Assembly: GCA_038041995.1 (NCBI GenBank)
Contig: JBBTFF010000050.1
Coordinates: 7,176 to 67,976, forward strand
Source of the DNA: Gemmatimonadota bacterium
Lineage (GTDB): Bacteria > Gemmatimonadota > Gemmatimonadetes > Gemmatimonadales > Gemmatimonadaceae
Length of the DNA stretch: 60,801 bases
Reading direction: 5' to 3'
In this document: piece after piece, positions 37,527-45,610 of the stretch
Layout: each line of letters begins with the position of its first letter
Numbering within the stretch: position 1 is the first letter of the stretch
The notes under the pieces: generated by a model
Told to the model about the DNA's origin: nothing
Seen by the model: only the letters and a program-made list of their open reading frames with translations
The model's database searches: none
Translations under genes and position numbers: made by a program

Positions 37527-39184
37527 CATACGACCTCAAGTCGATCTCGCTTCCCGCGCTCGGCCCGGGTAGCATTCGGGTCCTGAATGCCCTCGCCAAC
37601 AGCGCGCTGATTGGCGACGCGCTCGTCGGGAAGCTGCGCAAGGACGTCGGACTCGGCGCGCTGACTGAGAAGCCGCTGGAGGAAGCGCCGACCTTCACCC
37701 CACGTCTCCCGGATGTCGCACCGTCCATTTCCCCGCTCGATGCCCGCGACGATGATGCACGCGCCGGGTTCCGGTTCCCCACGGTCGCCGACTATCACGC
37801 GGCGTATCGCCGCGGCGCGCTGACGCCGCTCGACGTCGCCGAGCGTTTTATCGCCCGATGGGAGGAAAGCGAGAAGGACAGCCCTGCCCTGCGCGGCTTC
37901 ATTTCAATGCGACGCGACGACATCGTCGCGCAGGCCAGGGCATCAGCCGAACGATGGAAGTCCGGCAATCCGTTCGGCGTGTTTGACGGTGTGCCCATCG
38001 CCGCCAAGGACGAAATCGACCAGGCCGGTTACGTGACGACCATCGGCACAAAGCTCTTCGAAGGCGCGCAGCCGGCCGCGCACGATTCCACCGCGGTCGC
38101 TCGCCTGCGTGCGGCCGGCGCCGTGATGGTCGGCAAGGCCAACATGCATGAGATCGGCATCGGCGTCACCGGCTTCAACCAGCACCACGGCTCGGCGCGC
38201 AATCCGTACAACGACGCGCACCACACGGGCGGCAGCTCGGCGGGTCCCGCCTGTGTCGTCGGCGCAGGACTCGTCCCGATGGCCATCGGCGCCGATGGCG
38301 GCGGCTCGATTCGACTCCCCGCGTCCTTCTGCGGCATCGTGGGACTCAAGCCCACGTACGGCCGGATCAGCGAACACGGCGCTGCACCGTTGTGCTGGTC
38401 GGTGGCGTATCTCGGACCACTCGCCAATTGCGCCCGCGATGCCGCGCTGGCATACGAAGTGATGTCGGGCGCCGACCCGCGTGATCCCAATTCCGTAGGT
38501 CATCCGGCGGCGGATATCGATGACCGCGCTCCGCGTTCGCTCGCCGGCATCAGGCTTGGCGTCTTCTGGCCGTGGTTCCGCGATGCTCAGCCTGAAGTCG
38601 TGCGGATATGCGAGACGCTGCTTGAACAGATGTGCGCACGGGGCGCCATGCTGGTGGACGTGGAAATCCCCGAGCTCGAGCTCACGCGCGTGGCGCATCT
38701 CGTCGCCATTACGTCCGAGATGCTCACCGGGATGCTGCCTCAAATCCGCGACCGTTTGGGTGATTTCGGCATCGAGACACAGCTCAATATCGCCATCGCC
38801 CGCGGCTCCACGGCCGTGGATTACGTTCACGCCCAGCGCGTCCGGACGCGCGCCATGGCCCACTTTGCGCGCGCGCTGGGCCACTGTGACGCGATCATCA
38901 CGCCGGCGTCGGGAAACACCGCGCCGCGGATCCACCCTCGCGGAGGCGCAGTTTCCGACCTCACCCGTTCGATGGAGACCATGCGCTTCGCGTTCAGTTC
39001 GAACTTCACCGGGCACCCGGCAGTCAGCTTCCCGGCCGGCTACGACTCGGCGGGACTACCCGTCGGCATGCAGGCCATCGGCCGCGGGTGGAGCGAACGG
39101 CTGTTGCTGCGCCTGGCGGCGTTCGCCGACACGGTGGTCGAGCGCCGCAAGCCGCAGCGCTACTATGCGCCGATTGAGGTGTAA
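37523..39184 (+). CDS. Amidase-signature (AS) family amidase
   Basis: GTG 37523 overlaps the upstream stop (GTGA). AS signature: GGSSAGPACVVGAGLVPMAIGADGGGSIRLPASFCGIVGLKPTYGRIS. Catalytic Lys region: PIAAKDEID. Confidence 0.85.
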   Translation: MTYDLKSISLPALGPGSIRVLNALANSALIGDALVGKLRKDVGLGALTEKPLEEAPTFTPRLPDVAPSISPLDARDDDARAGFRFPTVADYHAAYRRGALTPLDVAERFIARWEESEKDSPALRGFISMRRDDIVAQARASAERWKSGNPFGVFDGVPIAAKDEIDQAGYVTTIGTKLFEGAQPAAHDSTAVARLRAAGAVMVGKANMHEIGIGVTGFNQHHGSARNPYNDAHHTGGSSAGPACVVGAGLVPMAIGADGGGSIRLPASFCGIVGLKPTYGRISEHGAAPLCWSVAYLGPLANCARDAALAYEVMSGADPRDPNSVGHPAADIDDRAPRSLAGIRLGVFWPWFRDAQPEVVRICETLLEQMCARGAMLVDVEIPELELTRVAHLVAITSEMLTGMLPQIRDRLGDFGIETQLNIAIARGSTAVDYVHAQRVRTRAMAHFARALGHCDAIITPASGNTAPRIHPRGGAVSDLTRSMETMRFAFSSNFTGHPAVSFPAGYDSAGLPVGMQAIGRGWSERLLLRLAAFADTVVERRKPQRYYAPIEV

Positions 39185-39190
39185 CTGCGA

Positions 39191-39334
39191 CTGCTCACCA
39201 CGAAGGCGCGAAGGCTATGAAGGGCCACGAAGAAGTGCCTTCAAGGGGGCTCGCGGCGACCGATCCGTCTGCCAGGCCCCTCCAAGGTCATCTTCGTGCC
39301 CCCCTCGTGTCCTTCGCGCCTTCGTGGTGAGCAG
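39191..39334. repeat. Family A long palindromic intergenic element, most complete copy
   Basis: The left arm ctgctcaccacgaaggcgcgaaggctatgaagggccacgaagaagtgccttcaagggg is matched by the reverse complement of cccctccaaggtcatcttcgtgcccccctcgtgtccttcgcgccttcgtggtgagcag. The arms are ~58 nt, and the 24 terminal nt are perfectly complementary. It starts 7 nt after the amidase stop. Confidence 0.85.
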
Positions 39335-39410
39335 TTTCCCACCCCCTTCCCTTCACCCAATAATCTACTATATTTCGTTATAGTTGTACACTAAACCGGA
39401 ATCTACACCA

Positions 39411-39821
39411 ATGAGCTTCTTCGCTTCTCTCGCCTCCCTCCTTGGTGGCGCCTCCTTTGGCCCTGAACATCTCGACCAGCTGTGCGCCGAGCATCCGGGC
39501 ACCCTCCTGCTCGACGTCCGCACACGCGCCGAGTACGTGCAGGGTCACATCGACGGCTCCACGCTCGTGCCGCTGGACCAGCTGTCGGCCTCACTGACCC
39601 AGCTCGCCGCCGCGCCGGCTCCGATCATCGTGATTTGCCATTCCGGTGCCCGCGCCTCCACCGCCGCCACGGCCCTGCGTCGCGCCGGCAAGGCTGACGT
39701 CCATGTGCTGGGCGGCGGCGTTTCTTCATGGGGCAGTCACGGGCGAAAGCTCAGCCCCGGCGCCAAGGACGTGCCCCTTCGCGACGCCATCAAGAAGGCG
39801 CGCCAGGCCGTAGCGACGTAA
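39411..39821 (+). CDS. Single-domain rhodanese-like sulfurtransferase
   Basis: LLLDVRTRAEYVQGHIDGSTLVPL...IIVICHSGARASTAATALRRAG carries the active-site loop CHSGARA. I prefer ATG 39411 over the TTG 39384 of the ORF track. Confidence 0.8.
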   Translation: MSFFASLASLLGGASFGPEHLDQLCAEHPGTLLLDVRTRAEYVQGHIDGSTLVPLDQLSASLTQLAAAPAPIIVICHSGARASTAATALRRAGKADVHVLGGGVSSWGSHGRKLSPGAKDVPLRDAIKKARQAVAT

Positions 39822-39847
39822 GGGTAGCCGACGCCGTATCTTACGGC

Positions 39848-40597
39848 GTGCTCGGCTTCATCTTCGCTGCTCTCATCGGACTTGCCCTCGGTACGCTCGG
39901 GGGCGGGGGGTCGATCCTGACGGTCCCTGTGTTCGTTTACGTGCTCGGGTTCGACCCCAAGCTCGCCATTGCCATGAGCCTGCCGGTCGTCGGCACTGCC
40001 GCCCTCGTGGGCGTCGGCTCGCACTGGCGCGCCGGGAATGTGCGCCTGCAGACCGCCGCAATATTCGGCTCGGTTGCCATGGTGGGCTCCTACACCGGAG
40101 CACGGGCCAGCGTGTTGCTCTCCGGGCGCCTGCAGCTGCTCATCCTCGGCGCTGTGATGATCGCCGCGGCCGCATCGATGCTGCGCAGCGCAATCCGCGA
40201 TGGCAACGTAGCCGTCGTGGAGTCTCCGCCGCACCCCGCCGTGATGCTGTCGGTTGGCTTCGGCGTCGGCATTCTGACAGGTGTCATCGGCATTGGCGGT
40301 GGATTCCTCATCGTTCCCGCGCTCGTCATCCTTGGGCGCGTCCCGATGAAGGCCGCCGTCGGCACGTCCCTGCTCGTCATCGCCATGAACTCGGCGTCCG
40401 GCTACCTCGGCCATCGTGGCCTCGAAGTGGTTCCCTGGGACTTCGTAGTGCGTTTCACCGCCGTGGCCGTCGCCGGCATCCTCGCCGGCACAGCGCTCGT
40501 CCGGCACATTTCGACCCGGCAACTCAAGCGCGCCTTTGCTGTCCTGCTTGTCGTCATCGGCGTGCTGGTTCTCTGGCTGAACCGCGCGCAACTCTGA
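39848..40597 (+). CDS. TauE/SafE-family sulfite/anion exporter
   Basis: In-frame GTG 39848 gives (M)LGFIFAALIGLALGTLGGGGSILTVPVFVYVLG..., the typical TauE N-terminus. About 8 TM helices, with the internal repeat GIGGGFLIVPALV. Confidence 0.8.
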   Translation: MLGFIFAALIGLALGTLGGGGSILTVPVFVYVLGFDPKLAIAMSLPVVGTAALVGVGSHWRAGNVRLQTAAIFGSVAMVGSYTGARASVLLSGRLQLLILGAVMIAAAASMLRSAIRDGNVAVVESPPHPAVMLSVGFGVGILTGVIGIGGGFLIVPALVILGRVPMKAAVGTSLLVIAMNSASGYLGHRGLEVVPWDFVVRFTAVAVAGILAGTALVRHISTRQLKRAFAVLLVVIGVLVLWLNRAQL

Positions 40598-40602
40598 CCG
40601 CC

Positions 40603-42036
40603 ATGTACTTCCAGCGCTTCTACGATACGCCGCTCGCCCAGGCGAGCTACCTCATCGGCTGCCAGGCCACCGGCGAGGCTGTCGTCGTCGACGCCAACCG
40701 TGACATCGCGCAGTACGTCGATGCGGCCGAGGCGCAGAAGCTGCGCATCACGCACGTCACCGAGACCCACATCCACGCCGACTATGTGTCGGGAAGTCGT
40801 GAGCTCGCCCACGCCGCGGGGGCGCAGCTGCTCCTGTCCGCCGAGGGCGGCCCCGATTGGCAGTACGCCTTTGCCGCCGCGTCGGAGGCGACGTTACTGC
40901 GCGATGGCAGTTCGTTCAATGTCGGCAACATCCGGATTGATGTCCTGCACACACCCGGACATACTCCCGAGCACATCTGCTTCGTGGTCACCGACGGAGC
41001 TGCCGCCAACGAGCCCATGGGCATCATCACCGGCGATTTCGTCTTCGTCGGCGACGTGGGGCGCCCTGATCTCCTTGAGAAGGCAGCCAAGGTCGAGGGC
41101 ACCATGGAAGCGGCGGCCCGCACCTTGCATGCATCGCTCGCCAGGTTCCGCACGCTCCCCGACTGGCTGCAGGTCTGGCCCGGACACGGTGCCGGTTCCG
41201 CCTGCGGCAAGGCGTTGGGCGCGATGCCCACCAGCACCGTGGGCTATGAGAAGCGCTTCAACTGGGGTCTCGAGCCGATGACCGAGGACCAATTCGTCCA
41301 GCGCGTCCTCGACGGCCAGCCTGAACCCCCCGCTTACTTCGCGCAGATGAAGCGCATCAACAGGGAAGGACCGACGCTCTTGCACGGCTTCCACCGTCCC
41401 GAGCGGCTGCCGGCGGCGCGACTTGGCAAGCTCATCGAAGGCGGCCATGTGGTGGTCGACACGCGACCGACGGCGACGTTCGCTCGTGCGCACGTCCCCG
41501 GCACTATCAACATCCCGCTCTACAGGTCGTTCAGCACCTGGGCCGGATGGCTGCTGCCATACGACCGCGATATCCATCTCATTGTCGACGATGAATCTCG
41601 TTCCCTCGACCAGGCCGTGCGCGACCTGGCGATGATCGGCCTGGATCGCATCGCCGGCGTCTTTGGCCACGATGCCGTTGGTGTGTGGGCACAGACAGCG
41701 GCCATTGAGACAATTGCACAAACGAGCGCCGCGGAGCTGCACGACACGCTCCTCCCGCGAGGCGTTGCCGTGATCGACGTGCGCAACCAGTCGGAGTGGG
41801 AGGCAGGCCATCTGCCTGGCGCCCACCACGTGCAGCTCGGTACGCTCGAGGCGCGCCTCGACGAAGTGCCGCGTGACGGCGTGGTGGTTGTGCACTGCCA
41901 GGGCGGGACGCGTTCGGCGATTGCCGCGTCGCTTCTTGCCGCCCGCGGTTATCGGAACGTCATCAACCTGCAGGGTGGGTACCAAGAGTGGGCGAATGCC
42001 GGCTACTCCGTGATCCGGGACGGAGCTCCTCGATGA
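40603..42036 (+). CDS. MBL-fold persulfide-dioxygenase-like enzyme fused to two rhodanese domains
   Basis: MBL motifs THVTETHIHADYVSG and HTPGHTPEH are present. The C-terminal rhodanese domains end with the active-site loop VVVVHCQGGTRSAIAASLL. Confidence 0.8.
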   Translation: MYFQRFYDTPLAQASYLIGCQATGEAVVVDANRDIAQYVDAAEAQKLRITHVTETHIHADYVSGSRELAHAAGAQLLLSAEGGPDWQYAFAAASEATLLRDGSSFNVGNIRIDVLHTPGHTPEHICFVVTDGAAANEPMGIITGDFVFVGDVGRPDLLEKAAKVEGTMEAAARTLHASLARFRTLPDWLQVWPGHGAGSACGKALGAMPTSTVGYEKRFNWGLEPMTEDQFVQRVLDGQPEPPAYFAQMKRINREGPTLLHGFHRPERLPAARLGKLIEGGHVVVDTRPTATFARAHVPGTINIPLYRSFSTWAGWLLPYDRDIHLIVDDESRSLDQAVRDLAMIGLDRIAGVFGHDAVGVWAQTAAIETIAQTSAAELHDTLLPRGVAVIDVRNQSEWEAGHLPGAHHVQLGTLEARLDEVPRDGVVVVHCQGGTRSAIAASLLAARGYRNVINLQGGYQEWANAGYSVIRDGAPR

Positions 42037-43199
42037 ACTTTCACGAGCGCGCGGTCTTTCCGCGCGGATTCCGCTGCGCCAGCCGCAATGTCGGCCTCAA
42101 ACCGAGCGCCCGCGACCTCACGCTCTTTGCCAGCGATGTCGACGCGGCCGCGGCCGCCGTTTTCACGCGCAACCAGTTTCCCGGCGCTCCCATCATCCTT
42201 GGCCGTGAGACCATCAAGGGCGGCGTGTTGCGTGCCATCATTGCCAACAGCAAGGTGAGCAACGTTGCCACCGGCGAGCGCGGGGTGGAGAACGCTCGGC
42301 GCATGGCCGCCTCGGCCGCCGCCGAGCTTGGCACCGAGGCGGGCAAGGTGCTCGTCAGCTCCACTGGTGTCATTGGCGTGCATCTCCCCGTGGAGAAGAT
42401 CGAGGCGGGCGTGCGCGGAATGGCCGCCGAGCTGCAGGACGATCCGCTGGTGGGCGCCGAAGGCATCATGACCACCGACACGCACCCCAAGGCGCTTTCG
42501 GCGACGGTTGGCGATGCGACCATCACCTGGGTAGCCAAGGGCTCTGGGATGATCGAGCCCAACATGGCCACCATGCTCGCCTACATCTTCACCGATGCCG
42601 CGCTTGACGCCGCCACGCTCGACCGCCTGCTACGCCGCGCGGTGGACGTGTCATTCAACATGCTGTCGGTGGACACCGACACCAGCACGTCCGACACCTG
42701 CGTCATCATGGCCAATGGGCTCGCCGGCGCGGTGGACGAGCAGGCGTTCTGCGACGCGCTCGTTGCCGGGTGCGTGCGGATGACCGAGATCCTCGCCCGC
42801 GATGGCGAGGGCGCCGAGCACCTGCTGCGCATCACGGTACGCGATGCGGCCTCGGAACGTGATGCGCGTGTGGTCGCCAAGTCGCTCGTGAACTCACCGC
42901 TCATCAAGACCATGGTGCACGGCGCCGATCCCAATGTCGGGCGCATCCTGATGGCCGTCGGCAAGTGCACCGATGTCCTCATCAGCGCCGCTCGCACGAA
43001 TGCGTGGGTCAACGGCTATCAGGTCGTCGGCAATGGCACGCGTCTCGAGTTCGACGACACCGTGGTGCGTGCCGCACTCGGCGTGGAAGTGGTGGATCTC
43101 GAGGTGTCGCTCGGTGTCGGCTCGGCGACGGCGCGCGCGTATGGCTGCGACCTGACGAAGGGCTACATCGACGAGAACGCCGCGTACTACTCGAGCTGA
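42033..43199 (+). CDS. argJ: Bifunctional glutamate N-acetyltransferase / amino-acid acetyltransferase ArgJ
   Basis: ATG 42033 overlaps the upstream stop (ATGA). FRCASRNVGLKPS, the self-cleavage site IEPNMATMLAYIFTDA and the terminal NAAYYS are all typical of ArgJ. Confidence 0.9.
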   Translation: MNFHERAVFPRGFRCASRNVGLKPSARDLTLFASDVDAAAAAVFTRNQFPGAPIILGRETIKGGVLRAIIANSKVSNVATGERGVENARRMAASAAAELGTEAGKVLVSSTGVIGVHLPVEKIEAGVRGMAAELQDDPLVGAEGIMTTDTHPKALSATVGDATITWVAKGSGMIEPNMATMLAYIFTDAALDAATLDRLLRRAVDVSFNMLSVDTDTSTSDTCVIMANGLAGAVDEQAFCDALVAGCVRMTEILARDGEGAEHLLRITVRDAASERDARVVAKSLVNSPLIKTMVHGADPNVGRILMAVGKCTDVLISAARTNAWVNGYQVVGNGTRLEFDDTVVRAALGVEVVDLEVSLGVGSATARAYGCDLTKGYIDENAAYYSS

Positions 43200-43229
43200 C
43201 TTTGGTGGCAGCCGGGAGCGCGCGCGAAG

Positions 43230-45446
43230 CTAGAGCGAGAACATCTGCGTGAACTTCACCACGATGCTCCGCCCCGGTGCCATGTGCTGGTCGGGCGTCG
43301 TGAAGCGCTGCTCGTTGTAGACGATGAACAGGTCGCTCAGCGGGTGGTGGATGACGTTGAAGCGCACGTTCGCGTTGAACTGGTGCGCCACCGGGTCGTA
43401 CTGGGTGAGCGCGTCCAGGAACATGTTCGTCGTGAACGAGTAGTTCGCGCGCCCCGTCAGGAGCGTCACGTCGAATTTCTCCCGCGGCCGGTCGAGCGCA
43501 ATGCGAGACTGCTGCACCGTACCGGCCACGCGGAACTGGTACGTGGGCCGCCACGTCACCGTCGCGTTCAGGGTCTTCTGGTTCCCCGTCCACAAGCCGC
43601 CGGTGGTGCCGGTGAACGCCAGCGACACCGGCTGGCTGAGGTCGGTGGTCCACTTCAGCATCCACTCATTCCATGCATAGCCGCCAGCCGCAATCGGCGG
43701 CGCCGTCTTGTCGTTGCGGTTCAGCCGGAACGGTGCCGTGATGTACTCGTAGCGCGGGTTCGCCGAGAGTTCGGTGTAGGATCCGTCATTGAAGAAGAAT
43801 GTCTGCCCGCTGTGCAGGTTCTTGCCGATCGTGCGCCCCGCCAGGTCCTCGTAGTAGTTCCACGTGAAGTGCGGGTGCAGCTCGCGGATGCCGTGCGCGC
43901 GCAGCCACGGCGAGCGCGGGCGCAGCCCAGCGTCCAGGAACCACTTGCGCACGTCGGTGCGGCGGTAGAAGCCGAGGTCGTCCTGGAATCCGTCGCCGAG
44001 GACGAGTGTCGCCGCCTTGACGTGGGCGTCCTTCCCTTCGTAGTTCAACGATGAACGCCACGAGTACTGGCCGCTGCCTTTTCCCGGCGTGCGCGTGAGC
44101 ACCCCGAACGAGTTCCAGTCGAGCTTGCCGAAGAACCGGATGTTGGCATCGAGTCCGCCCACGCGGTTCCAGTCGGCGGCGTGGGCGCCCCCCTCCCGGC
44201 TCATCAGCAGCAGTCCGATGTCCGAGCCGCTGCCGACGTTGCGGCGCAGCCGCAACGTCGAGTAGGTGTTGGCCGCCGTTCCCGCCGTTGGCTCTGTTCG
44301 CATCGCCAGCGCGCCCACGCCAAAGCCACCGGCCTTGCCCGTCAGCCGCACGCCGCCGGGAATGGTGATCGGCAATCCACCGCTCGTCAGCCCGACACGA
44401 CGGCTGAAGAACAGCAGCAGGTCTTCGTCGGGCGTAGGCGGCGCCTGCACACGGTTGTTCCGCGCCGCATCCCCCACGTAGAACACCCCGGAGTTCTCCA
44501 GGAAGAACTCGCGCTTCTCCGGAAAGAACTGAGAGAACTGCGTCAGGTTCACCTGCTGCTCATCGGCCTCCACCTGCGCAAAGTCGGGGTTTACCGTCGC
44601 ATCGAGCGTCAGTCCTGGTGTCACTCGCGCCTTCACGTCCACGCCGGCATCACCCGAGCTGCCGAACTCGCTGCCTCCGGTGGCACGCACCGACCGCGCC
44701 AGCGCGTAGGGCTTCACGCGCAGGTCGCGCGACGCACCTTCCGGATGCACCCCCTCGAGCGTGCCGGCCAGCGACAGGCGCGTCAGTGCGTACTCGCGCG
44801 GGATCGGCGCCCAGAAGGTGATCTCGTTCTTGCGCCGGATGCGCCGAGAGAAGTTGAGCCCCCACGTCTGGCTCTTTCCAGCGTCAAACCGCAGCGCGCG
44901 GAACGGAATGGCCATCTCGGCCACCCAGCCATCGGCCACCCGCCGGGTCTTCACCGTCCACACGGCGTCCCAACTCGTGTTGATCTCGCGTCCCTCGCTC
45001 GCCACCTGCCGGTCGGCGCGCGCCCCCTCGACGTTCGTGATGAAGACGTAGCCGTTGCGACGGTCGTGAAAGGTGTCAAGGATCACCTCGAAGTCGTCCT
45101 GGTCCTCTTCCTTGAAGTCCTTCTTGATGTCGTTCACCACCAGCCGCCCGGGCTCGCCGTCGTGCAGGTACGCACCGATGTACATGGCGTTGTCATCGAA
45201 CAGCACGCGAACCTCCGTGCGTTCCGTCGCCGGCGCGCCCGTGCTTGGCTCGCTCTGCACGAAGCCGTCCGCCACCGGTGCCGACTTCCATTCGACCTCA
45301 TCCAGCACGCCGTCCACGCGAATCGGGCGCGCCGTGGCGGTTGCCGTGAGTGTGCGAGGCCGCTGCTGGGGGACCTTCGACAAATCGGTCGTGCCCTGGA
45401 AGGCGCGACCGATCGCGAGCAGTGCAAGGAGGATCGACATGTTCAT
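43230..45446 (-). CDS. CBM9-like domain + DUF5916 beta-barrel protein (paralog of 30677..32833)
   Basis: ATG 45446 gives MNMSILLALLAIGRAFQG. N-terminal region: IRVDGVLDEVEWKSAPVADGFVQSEPSTGAPATERTEVRVLFDDNAMYIGAYL...DDFEVILDTFHDRRNGYVFITNVEG. It has a beta-rich C-terminus ending FTQMFSL. Confidence 0.7.
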   Translation of the reverse strand: MNMSILLALLAIGRAFQGTTDLSKVPQQRPRTLTATATARPIRVDGVLDEVEWKSAPVADGFVQSEPSTGAPATERTEVRVLFDDNAMYIGAYLHDGEPGRLVVNDIKKDFKEEDQDDFEVILDTFHDRRNGYVFITNVEGARADRQVASEGREINTSWDAVWTVKTRRVADGWVAEMAIPFRALRFDAGKSQTWGLNFSRRIRRKNEITFWAPIPREYALTRLSLAGTLEGVHPEGASRDLRVKPYALARSVRATGGSEFGSSGDAGVDVKARVTPGLTLDATVNPDFAQVEADEQQVNLTQFSQFFPEKREFFLENSGVFYVGDAARNNRVQAPPTPDEDLLLFFSRRVGLTSGGLPITIPGGVRLTGKAGGFGVGALAMRTEPTAGTAANTYSTLRLRRNVGSGSDIGLLLMSREGGAHAADWNRVGGLDANIRFFGKLDWNSFGVLTRTPGKGSGQYSWRSSLNYEGKDAHVKAATLVLGDGFQDDLGFYRRTDVRKWFLDAGLRPRSPWLRAHGIRELHPHFTWNYYEDLAGRTIGKNLHSGQTFFFNDGSYTELSANPRYEYITAPFRLNRNDKTAPPIAAGGYAWNEWMLKWTTDLSQPVSLAFTGTTGGLWTGNQKTLNATVTWRPTYQFRVAGTVQQSRIALDRPREKFDVTLLTGRANYSFTTNMFLDALTQYDPVAHQFNANVRFNVIHHPLSDLFIVYNEQRFTTPDQHMAPGRSIVVKFTQMFSL

Positions 45447-45610
45447 GCTGTAAGGTACGCGGTTGCGGCGCGAATTGCTGACCTGTGTCGCTCGTGTCCT
45501 CTCGCGCTTGCCGTCCGGCGCGCTTGTGTTCCTCTCCCGTCGCAATCTCGCATTCTCGCACCCTTTCGTTCTATCTTACAGAGAATGACATTCCCCACTT
45601 CGCACCACCA

